From assembly GCA_951406725.2 (NCBI GenBank), contig OX597819.1:48360001-48424000 (forward strand): a stretch of 64,000 nucleotides of DNA, read 5' to 3'. Every line of letters starts with the position of its first letter. Position 1 is the stretch's first letter. Source of the DNA: Octopus vulgaris (Eukaryota). Below the pieces are notes generated by a model. That model searched no databases. It worked only from the letters and a program-made list of their open reading frames with translations, and was not told the DNA's origin. A program made the translations under genes and the position numbers. Positions 38,983 to 50,443 of the stretch are shown here, in pieces.

Positions 38983-40836
38983 CTGTAAAGAGAAAGCAAT
39001 AGAAGGGATAGGAGGAATGGAAAAAGAAAATATAATAAAAAGAAAGTCACAATATTTATTTGGTTAAAAGTCAAACACTAAAACAATGTCAGAATTGCAT
39101 TATTTGAACCAAATTTATAATTGATGTTAGGAAGCAGTTAATATATATATTTCTGTAATTTGGTAAAGCACTGAAGTGTGATTGGTGTGAGTGAGAGAAG
39201 GCACAGTAACTGTTATTTAGTGATAAGTTAAAGTTGTGTGAAAGGTACAACAGCAAGTCAGCAAAAGTTAAACCATAAAGACAATTGTCTGGTCAAATTC
39301 CAGACAGCATAAGAGTAATTTTATTAAATAAAATATAAAGGTTAGTAGGTCACTAGAACTTTAAACTCTCTTGTAGCCCCAAAAGCAAGAATGCTATGGT
39401 TATAAACAGACAAACACCAAAAGGGAAGCAACAGAGACTGGTTTTTTTAGCTATGAAACCCTTTGTCTCTATGAACAGAATTGCTGTGGAAATGAGTAGA
39501 CAAAAGCTATAAAGGTACAGGCTAAAAGTCTAGCGACACTGTCTGAAGACCCTACCATACAACTCTTCCAGGAATAGTAAGTGATAAAAAAGGGTGGATG
39601 GATAGAATGGATAAAATGCATTCTATGACCTTTATATGCAATCAGTATGGACCTTAAAGTCATTGGTGTAATATTTTTATGAACATGAGCAAAAGTTAAA
39701 TGAATAGATAACAAATAATAGGTTTAGATTTATATATTTCTGGACATTAGTCTAATTACAAAACCCAGAGAAAACAATATGAGGTTCTTACAAAATATAG
39801 AGAACTGTAAAGTCATTGGTGACAAGACATTTGGCTGGTATTATTAAAAATCAAAAAAAGACAGACACACACAGGACCCACAAACCAAAGTGTCAGAAAC
39901 TCATCTAGGATAGCAGGAACTCTGAGAGGATCTTTAGTTGTAACACATGCTTATATGGAACAATTTTTGTAAGGTAATTTTAGCAGAAGTAGAAAGTCTA
40001 ATGAGATTTCACAGCAAGAAATATTTCAAGTCAGGCCATTGGCCCTCACAGATGAGATGACACTAATACAAAAATGAATGAAGAAAAGTTATACAGCAGA
40101 CGCATACAAGAAATGATTGCAATGACATGAGGATTAGATAATCTACAAGAAGTTGGCTAGCACTTAACAATGGATAACAGATAGGTGAGAAAATAAAAAA
40201 TCTAAATAAGTTTTATGAAATGAAATATGCACCGATTTTCTGTTTTACCATCTTATTCTAAATATACTCCTTTGCAGCACAACTTTTAAAGGAAAAAGTA
40301 TGTTAGCATTTAAATCCTGCTCAGACAGACTTTAAAATAATTACATCATTTAATGTAATTTGTGATAGAGTAAGTTTCAGGATGTAAATCAAAAGGAAAT
40401 GAATATGAAAATGAATATGCAAAAGAAACCCCACAAAAAAAAAAAAAAAAAAAAAAAAAGAAAGAAAAAAAGCAATGAAATGAGCTTGAATTGCCTGTTG
40501 GCTGTTAGTGCATAACTTGTTAGGAAATGGTATCTCCATCAAAGAAAGTTGTAGTCTAGACTCAATTATAATGACAATTTCTCTTGGCTAGAATGTTCAT
40601 TTAATTAAAAAAGAAAAAAATGAGAAAACAAAAATTAAAAAAAAAACCTAAAAATCTGAACTCCCGCCAAAAAAGTTAGACATGCTTTCAAATACAATGA
40701 CATTGATAAAATGATTATCTTTTTTTTTTCCCTTTGAATTAAACCATGGCCAAGAAAATATATACTTTTTTTATATCTATTTGGTTTCATTTTTATAAAG
40801 CTAAAGCGTTGATTACAGTACAAGTGGTGTACTAAC

Positions 40837-41204
40837 CATATCCTCCAGGCAGTTCGAGAGTATTATGGAGCTGGGATCTATTCAAGTAATTTCGGTGCCG
40901 CGTAGACCGCCTTCTGGAGAAAATACCCGAACTATTATTGCCATCACCACCAGTGTTGTTACTACTGCTCATTCTGTTGTTGTTGTTTGTTGCTATAGAA
41001 GGAGTGTTGTTGTTGTTTGTTGACGAGCTGTGGTTTACACTTGTACAGTTACTGCTGCTGCTATTACTGCCACCAGTATTACTGGTATTTTGGCTATTAC
41101 TACTTCTGACATTGCCAGTGTTCTCTTTATCGGGAGACATGACCACAGCTGGATCTGCGATCACGGCGGTTGATAAACGTTTGGATGGTGTTTCCGATGC
41201 GGGC
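40837..41204 (-). CDS. SMURF2: Smurf exon, Asn/Ser-rich linker and start of WW2 (...RRSTRHRNYLNRSQLH...LPGGY)
   Basis: ttttag acceptor, G|gttagt donor; open frame; conserved RHRNY motif. Confidence 0.88.
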
Positions 41205-41379
41205 CTAAAAATATATATAAAAAAGAAAAAGAAAGGAAATCTAAGTGAAACAGTTCAATTTGCAAAGTGTCATTCAGAATTAGGAAAATTTTTAATATGT
41301 TGACCTGGCATTCTAAGACATATTTTTCCAATGAATATTCTGTGTGTGTGTGTGCATGTGTGCACACATGCATGTATAC

Positions 41380-41750
41380 CTTTTACTTATTTCTGTCATT
41401 AGATTGTGACCATGCTGGGGCACCGAGCTAAAGAACTTCAGTTGAATGAATTGACCCCAGCATTAATTTTTTTTAAAGCCTGGTACTTATTCTATTGTTC
41501 TCTTTTTGCTGAACCACTAAGTCACAGGGACATAAACACACCAGCACTGGTTGCTAAGCAACGGTGGGGGATGAACACAGACACAAAGACACACACAGAT
41601 ACATATGTACATATTACAATGGGCTTCTTTCAGTTTCCTTCAACCAAATCCAAGGCTTTGATTGGCCTGAGGCTATAGAAGACCCTTGCCCAAGGTGCCG
41701 CAGCAGGACTGAACTTGGAAGCAAGCTTCTTACCAACAAAGCCATACCTA
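41380..41750 (-). mobile_element. SINE family A, older copy
   Basis: Recognisable head, body and tail with many substitutions. Confidence 0.7.
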
Positions 41751-43456
41751 TATAAATACACACATACACACATGTGAAAAAATACCCCACAGATATAAGT
41801 GATAGACTCAATCTATCACCTAGCTTAACACCATTACCTTGGACCTTAGGTTCCTTTAGCAGTGTCCATTCTGTTCTGAGCATTTGTACCAGGCCATGTA
41901 GTTTGAAGATAACCCCCTTCCTCCCATAAATCTCAGAGGCCTTGTGAAGGGCCACAAACACAAAAATCTTTCCTATCACACATTCAATTCTATTGTTGAG
42001 AGTCTTCTCTTCATTCTGCTTTTATTTTCCCCTATATTTTTAATAGTTTATGAATTCTTTCTCCCTGTGTTAGTCTATTCTGATTGAAGATCTACAAATC
42101 AAATGTAATCCTGATCTAGAGTCATTGAGGTACATTGTATGCATATATGAATGTATACATACCATGCGATTATGTTTTGCTTTGCTATCACAAGGTTCCA
42201 CTTTGGACTCTAATCCAAGGAACCTTGGAAAAGTATCTTTCACCATAGACTGGACCAACCCAAGTGTTGTGAGTGAAACTGGGCACAGAGAAACTGTAAT
42301 AAAGCCTGTAATAATTAATTCAGAGAGATAGCTATGTCACTCATAGTGTCATGTAGATTCTGCCTGTGGGCCTACATTATCAGTACAAGTGTCAGTAGAA
42401 TGCCCAGCCACTTTTGTAAAACAATGATTAATTAGTTCCATAGGCACAGGTGTGGCTGAGGGGTATAATGGGCAAGTATCTTCTAATATAGCCCCAGATC
42501 AACCAAAGCTTTCTGAGTGGATTTGGTAGACAAAAGCAGAAGGAAACCTGTCGCATGCGCGTGTGTGGTTTTACTGTTTTACTGTTGCATTGCCTTGAGA
42601 TCATGTGATAGTTGCAAGCAAGTGTCACCTTCATGCAAGTGGTGTCCTTCATTTCCAATCTGGTCATAGGTAAATATTACCTTATTTGGATACTGATGAG
42701 GGTTGGTGACAAGAAGGACATCCAGCCTCAACAAATTTCGTATGACCCATGCAAGTATGGGAAAGTGGACATTAAAATGAAGATGCTTAAACAACTGGTG
42801 TACTTATCTATCAAAACTGACAAGAGTCCAGTGCACACAAGAACAAAAATATTACACGTCCTAAATTATTCTGGATGAAAACAGATATGAATGAATGAAT
42901 GAATGAATGAATGAATGGAAGAAGGAATTTATGATTTGGTTAGTAATGGAAGTAAAACATTCCAATAATTCTTACTAATATCCATGTTTGTACATGCCAC
43001 ACATCCTGCATTAGTTACAAAGAAATAGATTTAACCCATTAACATTCAAATTATTGTCAAATGTAATACTTATTTATTCACACTGTTTTGAATTAATCAC
43101 GAGTTATCTTGTAGATTTGAGATTTCAATGATGAGAGTCTATTTTTTGAATGACTTTGTAGGGTAGGTGTGCAAGGCCAGGTCTAGCTGGTTTAAATGCT
43201 AAAGAGTTAAATATACACTTATGAACACTCATTCATATATACACATACTCAAATGCATATTGTAAAGAAATTAGAAGTAAAGCATGAAAGACGATGACAA
43301 TGACGGTGATGCATATAATGATTGTTTCGCTTTCTTGCAAATACTAAACACTGACTACTTAGATTGTAGGGCAAATTTTCAGAGACCGTAGACTGAAGTG
43401 AAAGTCTTTTTGACAACTTAATCATCATCATCATTTAGCGTCCGCTTTCCATGCTA

Positions 43457-43488
<32 letters not shown>

Positions 43489-43911
43489 TTAAAAAAAGCC
43501 TTCCCTGTTTCACACAAACACAAAATTAAAAGTCAGATGAATAACAACATTTATCACTATTTACCAACATTAAAGATGCCTTTTTAAAAATGAACAGAGT
43601 ATCACTTATTAGCACTAATGATAATTAATCCTGATATATATCATAAATAAATCGGTGACTATTTCAGAAATATAACCTAATGTTAGATGCTCAAAGCAAC
43701 AACAGCAAATAAAGGGTAGAACATCTATTAATAATAATTGTTTAAGATTTTAAACCAGTTAAGATTAACCAGGATTATCTTTAAAGAGATTTTCCTAGTA
43801 TCTGTGTTGAGTGCACTTTTAAATCTAATCTATATAGAGGGAAGGAGAGAGAGAGAGAAGGAGAGAGAAGAGAGAGAGATTAGGAAAATGCCCATCAGGT
43901 AAGTTTATTAC

Positions 43912-43995
43912 CTTGTAGGTCGCTCACAGTGAATTGTTCTTGTAACATGGTTGACAAACTCAACTCTACCATCGGCAGTTGTCCTTTCTTCCCAG
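43912..43995 (-). CDS. SMURF2: Smurf exon, WW1 (WEERTTADGRVEFVNHVTRTIHCERPTR)
   Basis: ttccag acceptor, AG|gtaata donor; WW pattern. Confidence 0.88.
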
Positions 43996-46383
43996 CTGGA
44001 ACAGGTAAACAAGTTGATAATAATATCAGTAATAATAACAATTAACACCACCACTGCTACTACTATCACTAAGTACCCCGCCACCACGATATTCAACCTA
44101 TGAATTTTACAAGTGCTGGTCTGTTTTTGTGGTAAAGGTATTTTATTCTCAATAGCTCTAGTTAGTTTGCTGTTAAGTAATTACTACAAGGAGGTACAGC
44201 TAAGTACTGTAAGCAGTAGTGAGTGACTGGGGACGGCTATGTAACTGACAAATGTTTCATTGGCTTGTAGTGCTTTCCCATGAGTGAACCTTGTGATGCG
44301 CTATATGGGGAGAATGGAAGAGATATTAAGTTGATTAAGTCACATTACAACACCTTCTGACTAAGGTGGTAGGTAAAAATGAGGAAAAGGAAGCTGAAAT
44401 TTTGGACACACATAAATTGTTAGAATTAGTTTTTAGTCAAATGAGAATGATATGCCTGTCTCTGAAGAAACTGGAATATCGAATCTGAAGTAATGTCACA
44501 ATGTGTAGCACAGCTAGTAAGTATGGTTTGGAAACATGTACCATGCTTCTGTTAGTTGTTTTAGGTGTGTATGAAATTTCACAACAGCCTTAAGACACCT
44601 CAGCCACCTAAGCTTTAATCCAGAAAATTATCCAGAATGTGATAGCAGGAAGGAGAGGAGGGGCTGCTTGCATCAGCACCTGACTGGGACCCATTACAGC
44701 TGAGTAAACTGGAGCAACATGAAATTAAGTGCACTGCCTGGTCCAGGAATTGAACCCATAGCCTTATGGTCATGAGTCAAACATCCCTAACCACTAGGCC
44801 ACATACCTTCAACAATGGTACAATGTAATAATTACAATAGGGTTTGAATTGATGAGCTTTTGAGTTAATGAAAGGGTCCTTACCACTAAATCATTCAACT
44901 ACAGTGGCAGGAAGAGGAAGAAACTTTATAGACTTGTATCACTCACTGCAACATTATGTCTAGGTGAGCGGATAGAAAATTCACAGCACCGACCATGTTG
45001 CAAAGGACACTATATTCTATTTTCTGGAAGCTTAAACCAAGCCTAAACAACTGAGGTAAACCGAAGCCATAGAAATAGATATTGTAATATTACTTAACCC
45101 ACAAGATTAACGTGTGTGTGTGTGTGTGTGGGCAGTTGGGGGTGGGGAAGAGAAAAAGGGATCTGTCCCAAAAGCACTCATTCAGTTAATAAGTGCTTGG
45201 GAGGAAATTAGTCAACTGATTTGAAGCAAGTCAGATGTTCTTGAGGAAAAGTTTCTCTTTCCTATCCTTTACTCAAATCAAACACCCTTCACAACAAGTC
45301 ACATAATAAAACAATTCCTTTATGACAAGCATAGCAGTGGGAATTTTCTATTCACACAACACTGCCTCAAAATTAGTTAAGGGAGATAATTGAAGTAAAC
45401 ATAAAAATAATTGCACATTTAATGGTTTCTTGGTTGAAGGTAGAAAAATCGCAAAACTGTGATGGTAAAATTTTCTCAAAGGATTTAGCAAGATAAGTGA
45501 TGTCTAAAGATTTCATCTACCTATACATTTCCTTTAATTTTAGAAATAATCTAGAATTTCGACTGATTTAGTAGAAGTAAGATTTTCGTGCACAATTAAC
45601 TGGGATTTGAACATAAAAGACTCTTAAATTTACAAGTTTTAATTTAAATATGAAAAGCTTTGTATGGAACCAGGGATGATATCAGGAAGATTGCCATTGA
45701 AAGCATTAACAATAACATATGTGTTAACAATGCTTTTTGCTTCGAGGTATTTAACTATCAACAACTCAACAATAGTCATACATACATACATACAGTTTTC
45801 CATATTGACATGGATTGGATTATGAATACAAACCAATCTGTGAAAATATTTATTTCACAGATTCATGACTGGTGCTAGAAAGGGCATCAAGTAATTAAGC
45901 AATAGCTTTCAGCAGATATATAGATGATTGAGTGTTGGAAAAATGACTTTAATGAGAATGATGATGATGATGATGATAGGAAACAATAATTAAACAACAA
46001 TAGTTGGGAAGAAAAGTGACAATCATCCATAATTAGAGAATTGCTGTATAGCCGTCAAGTCTCTTTTAAAACCAATAACCAAATTATATCTTCATCCATT
46101 TTTGTGATTGTTTATTGATGAAAACCTAGCTTTTTAGAAATTTAATTCAATTAAAGTAAAATAGAATATTTAAAGTGCAAAGATTTTTAATGAAAAAGTA
46201 TGAGAACATTTGAAATTGTTACAAGTATATTTTGTTATCAAAGAAATGAACAATTAAACATACTGATAAAAAAATAAACACCGAACTTTACTAGGGAAAT
46301 GAGTAAAAAAAATCTGGGAGCAGGTCATTGGTTACCAGCAATAATAATTATTATATATACTTGTATATTTACAACAGACTTAC

Positions 46384-46552
46384 CCATCAGGAAGTTCATT
46401 GGGGTCATTTAGTATAACTGGCTGAATAGAAGGTGTGTCAGTGATAGCAGGGGCTGAACTACCTTTGTCTCTGGATATAAGGCTTATGATAATCTGGCCT
46501 TTCATTTGATCAGGGTCATCTGCATTTCTTTTCTGTAATTCCAACCGTTGAA
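46384..46552 (-). CDS. SMURF2: Smurf exon, end of C2 to start of WW1 (FQRLELQK...KGQIIISLISRD...NELPDG)
   Basis: catag acceptor, GG|gtaag donor, phases fit. Confidence 0.9.
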
Positions 46553-46906
46553 CTATGAGGAAGACACAAAACAGCATTTACAATACACACTTGAATAACC
46601 TATCCACAACATTCTGGCATTTTCTAACAACAAATTTCAGTGTGCAATGCAACTAAAAATTAAACAGCTATTAGATTGTATATTGCAGTCCCAGATACAT
46701 ATCAGCAAAAATTTAAAAAAAAAAAATTTTTTTTGCTCATAGCCCTGCTGGGTTTGGGTTGACAGGGTTATACAACAAAGACTGAATCTTTTCTTTCTTT
46801 TTTTTTGAGCAAATATTTTTATAATGGACATCTGAACAAAGATGACAAGGAGATTATATCTCATGGACAATGTCCAAAATGTAGTAGTTAGTTCTGTTCA
46901 CTTTAA

Positions 46907-47127
46907 CCCTTTCGTTACCAACCCGGCTGAAACCAGCTCTGGCTCTAAGTACAAATGTCTTGTTTTCATAAGTTTTGAATTAAAATCTCTCACCAAACCT
47001 TAGTCACAATTTATGTTCCTAACACTAGCTGAATGATAACTAAGTTATTTGACTAAATTCTTTGTTATATTTAGAATTAATTGAAAGAAACACAAAGCAT
47101 CTCAAAATAAATACAGTAATGAAAGGG
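46907..47127. mobile_element. piggyBac-type MITE family 2
   Basis: TTAA TSDs (46903-46906, 47128-47131); TIR CCCTTTCGTTAC / GTAATGAAAGGG. Confidence 0.8.
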
Positions 47128-47625
47128 TTAAATCAGTTAAATAATTTCTTCACAATCAAATTCTATTATTTTTTTGAAAATTTCAATTATCAATGTTCTT
47201 TACATGTTCCTAAAATTGACCATATTGCAAAAGCATACTCCTTTTTACTAAACATCAGCCATTATGAAATACTTTCTTTTGCTTTCATGCTGTTAGAACA
47301 ATTGGTTAATTTAACTTTCAAAGAGTTAAGCAATGGCTACACTTAGTTATTAGTGTAACCATGCTATGGAAGATGGTGAATGGTCACTTGATTGGCAAGA
47401 AATAGCAGCTAGATATCCTGCTCCACCTTTACAATAAAAACCAAAACAAACACAAAAACTGAGAAGACCATACGTTACATAATGTACTACAATCCCCCCC
47501 CCCCCCCTCAAAATCACAGGAGATTTCTGGATGCAAGCCTTTTGCTTGATCAGAGTTGACCTGGAACCTTGGAGCACAGTAATGAATATACCAAAGTTGT
47601 AAAATAAGATTAGTCAGGATTTAGT

Positions 47626-47968
47626 AAAACACCATCCGAGCGTGGCCGTCTGGCACCTGTGTCGGTGGCACATAAAAAACACCATCCGAGCGTGGCCGTC
47701 TGCCAGCCTCTTCTGGCACCTGTGTCGGTGGCACGTAAAAAACACCATCCGAGTGTGGCCGTCTGCCAGCCTCGTCTGGCACCTGTGTCGGTGGCACATA
47801 AAATCACCCACTACACTCTCGGAGTGGTTGGCGTTAGGAAGGGCATCCAGCTGTAGAAACACTGCCAGATCTGACTGGCCAGGTGCAGCCTTCGGGCTTG
47901 CCAGTCCCCAGTTGAACCGTCCAACCCATGCTAGCATGGAAAGCGGACGTTAAATGATGATGATGATG
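47626..47968 (+). mobile_element. SINE-like family D copy with internal ~50-63 bp tandem repeat (3 units)
   Basis: Unit AAAACACCATCCGAG(C/T)GTGGCCGTCTG...GCACCTGTGTCGGTGGCAC repeated three times before the family tail. Confidence 0.82.
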
Positions 47969-48389
47969 ATATTGCAATTGGTGAACAATATTGCTTTTAA
48001 TTAAAAATTTCTAATGACCCAATCACTAGTTCACTGTATTACAGACAGAGGAAGAAACAAAGGATTATCTAACTATGATTCTTAATGATTTTTTTACCTA
48101 TGGACCTCCTTTGATTCCTATTTGGATGGACATACATAGCCATATAATGTTTAAAAAAACAAAACTATTTTGCATATTGAAGAAGTATAACCAATTTATT
48201 GCACGTAACTTTTAACAACAAAATCATATATGGCCCCCATTGGGAACCACTAATCTAGCTCGACAAACTAATACCAAACATACTTCCTTTTAATCTGAAA
48301 ATAACATTCTTTCAATTTCTTTACTGATGCTTTTTACTTGCTTCTGTCATTAGACTGCAGTCATGTTGGGAGCCCAGTTTAAAGAATAT

Positions 48390-48603
48390 TCTTTTCTACT
48401 CTAGGCACAAGGCACAAAATTTTGGGGAAGGGGCCAGTTGATTAGGTTGTTCCAGTATGCAACTGGTACTTAATTTATCAACTCCAAAAGGATGAAAGGC
48501 AAAGTTGACCTCGGCGAAATTTGAACTCAGAATGTAAAGACAGATGAAATATCACTAAGCATTTCACCTGGTGTGCTAACGTTTCTGCCAGCTCACCGCC
48601 TTA
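48390..48603 (-). mobile_element. SINE family B, tail type 2, nested in a family A SINE (~48330-48865)
   Basis: Same body as 54833-55062, different tail (GGCCTTGTGCCTAGAGTAGAAAAGAATA-like); another copy at ~1548-1768. Confidence 0.8.
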
Positions 48604-49269
48604 AAGCTTGAAGAATATTGGTCAAACAAATTGATACCAGTACTTGTCTGGTACTAATTTTATCAATCTCTTTTACCAAACTGCTAAGTTATGGGGACAT
48701 AAAGCACCAACATGCACACACATACATGACAGTCTTCTTTCAGTTTCTGTCTCTAAATCAATTCACAAGGCTTTGGTTAGTCCAAGGCTATAGCAGAAAA
48801 CACTTGTCCAAGATGCCACACAGAAGAACTGAACCTGGAACCATGTAGTTGGGAGGCAAACTTCTTATCCTCCACCCACAATACATACAATGGGTTTTAG
48901 CACAGTTTCTAATCTACCAAATTCCACACCCAAAGCCTTGGTCAGCCTGAGGTAGAAGAGACTAGTTCAAGGTGCTTCACAATAGGATCAAACCCAGAAC
49001 CATGTGGTTGTCAAAATGGAAATATGTACACAGCCACACCTGTGCCCCATCTAAGAGCAGCACAAAACTTGTGTGAATATGTAAAAAGTAATCTTTAGGA
49101 TAGAATTCTTTACAAAATCTCATAGCTTTGTAACTTTATGATTTCTCTCACAACAAATACTGTTAACTGTAAATAATAGTGATGGTAGAGGGGTTCTGAA
49201 ACGAGTCTCAAGGAGAAGTGTCTCAACCTTCCTGAGCTATTTTTTCCACCATATTTCTTTAAAATTATG

Positions 49270-49515
49270 GTAGAAACCTTGGTCTCAGGACCACTCATGT
49301 CTGGAAACTGTAGTTGGGGGTAAGCAAGGGCATGCTCCTCGTAGAAAATCCAGCTCAAAAAAAGCCTCATGAAAGCAAAGGAGAATGGGCACCAGCCAGC
49401 TCAAAGGTTGGGGTGGGCTGCACCTGCTTACCTTGGTTGTTATGGCATTGAGGTAGATCTGGCCACCCCTGTTAACGGGGACAAAGCCCAGATTTAAAAC
49501 ACTGGATGATGATTA
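49270..49515 (+). mobile_element. Probable SINE of a further family (one copy noticed here)
   Basis: GC-rich block GGGGGTAAGCAAGGGCATGCTCC...GATCTGGCCACCC...GATTTAAAACACTGG ending in (GAT)n; resembles mollusc SINE sequence I recall. Confidence 0.45.
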
Positions 49516-50309
49516 TATTCTAGGTAAACCTAAGAAAATTGAATATTTAAGAAAGGTTTAAAGCAATTAGCAATACATGCATCACTAGGAGTAAGATGAA
49601 GCAGCAACATCTAAGAAAATACATCAGCCACCCTGTAAGATAATGTGAGAAAGAAAAAAAAAATCTATAACTGGAATAACAAGTTCTCAAGCTTACCTGT
49701 TTAAAAAAAAAAAAAAAATCAAAACTGACAGGTAATTTTCATTTTTTTTAATGGGTCATGTAATTATAGATCCAGGCTACAGATAATATTTCTTTAATGG
49801 CAGCTAAACTGATAGGGAATTTATTAGTAGTACTGAACAGACAGGCAGAGACTAATACCAGTGTGATTTAAATTTCAAAGTAGTGAAACAACCACACACT
49901 AGTAAAGCTGCTTGTTACTTCCAACTAGTAAGGTGGTGTTTAATGAGCTTAGTTTACACCTTTAGGTGACAATTGAGTTAAACAAAGAGTGGGTGGAGAT
50001 TTAAGTGACATTGGAGGTACTTGATAATCTATAAGAGAAGGATAAAACATAACTAAAATACACATACATACATTGAAAAAAAAATATCTGGTATATATTT
50101 ACTTTATACAGACAATAAAATATTTATAATACTTTGGACATGGTATTTCTCACTAAATGAGAAAGATTGTAGCAACATCTGTCAAAAATATGAATTAAAG
50201 ATGGGACAATTATAAGTGTTCAACTTTTGGTATGAAAAAAATTGTCAACTAGAATTAGATATTTGTAGAAAATCCTGAAAGAAAGAAAAACAACAAAAAC
50301 ATAACTTAC

Positions 50310-50443
50310 AGCCAGTGTCTTTCAACTGTTGGATAGTATGTGAAGTGATTCGTACACATCCTAAGAAGCCAGCACCTTGTTTCTTGTGGATCTTTTTATG
50401 GTTCCAAATACTTATGGTAACAGAATCTTTTTGGCCGATATAT
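50310..50443 (-). CDS. SMURF2: Smurf exon, C2 domain (YIGQKDSVTISIWNHKKIHKKQGAGFLGCVR...LKDTG)
   Basis: tttcag acceptor / T|gtaag donor; 134 nt; Smurf-specific C2 sequence. Confidence 0.93.

Noticed and set aside
39440-40200. Possible ancient transposase or RT remnants (also ~22500-22720, 44100-44700, 54540-54720, 63205-63900)
   Set aside because: Composition looks repeat-derived but no diagnostic motif could be read without a search
40938-41303. Leu/Val-rich + strand ORF that looks like a membrane protein
   Set aside because: Antisense shadow of the Asn/Ser-rich Smurf exon
47626-47805. CRISPR-like repeat array
   Set aside because: Eukaryotic context, no unique spacers, no cas genes; units are contiguous tandem repeats inside a SINE
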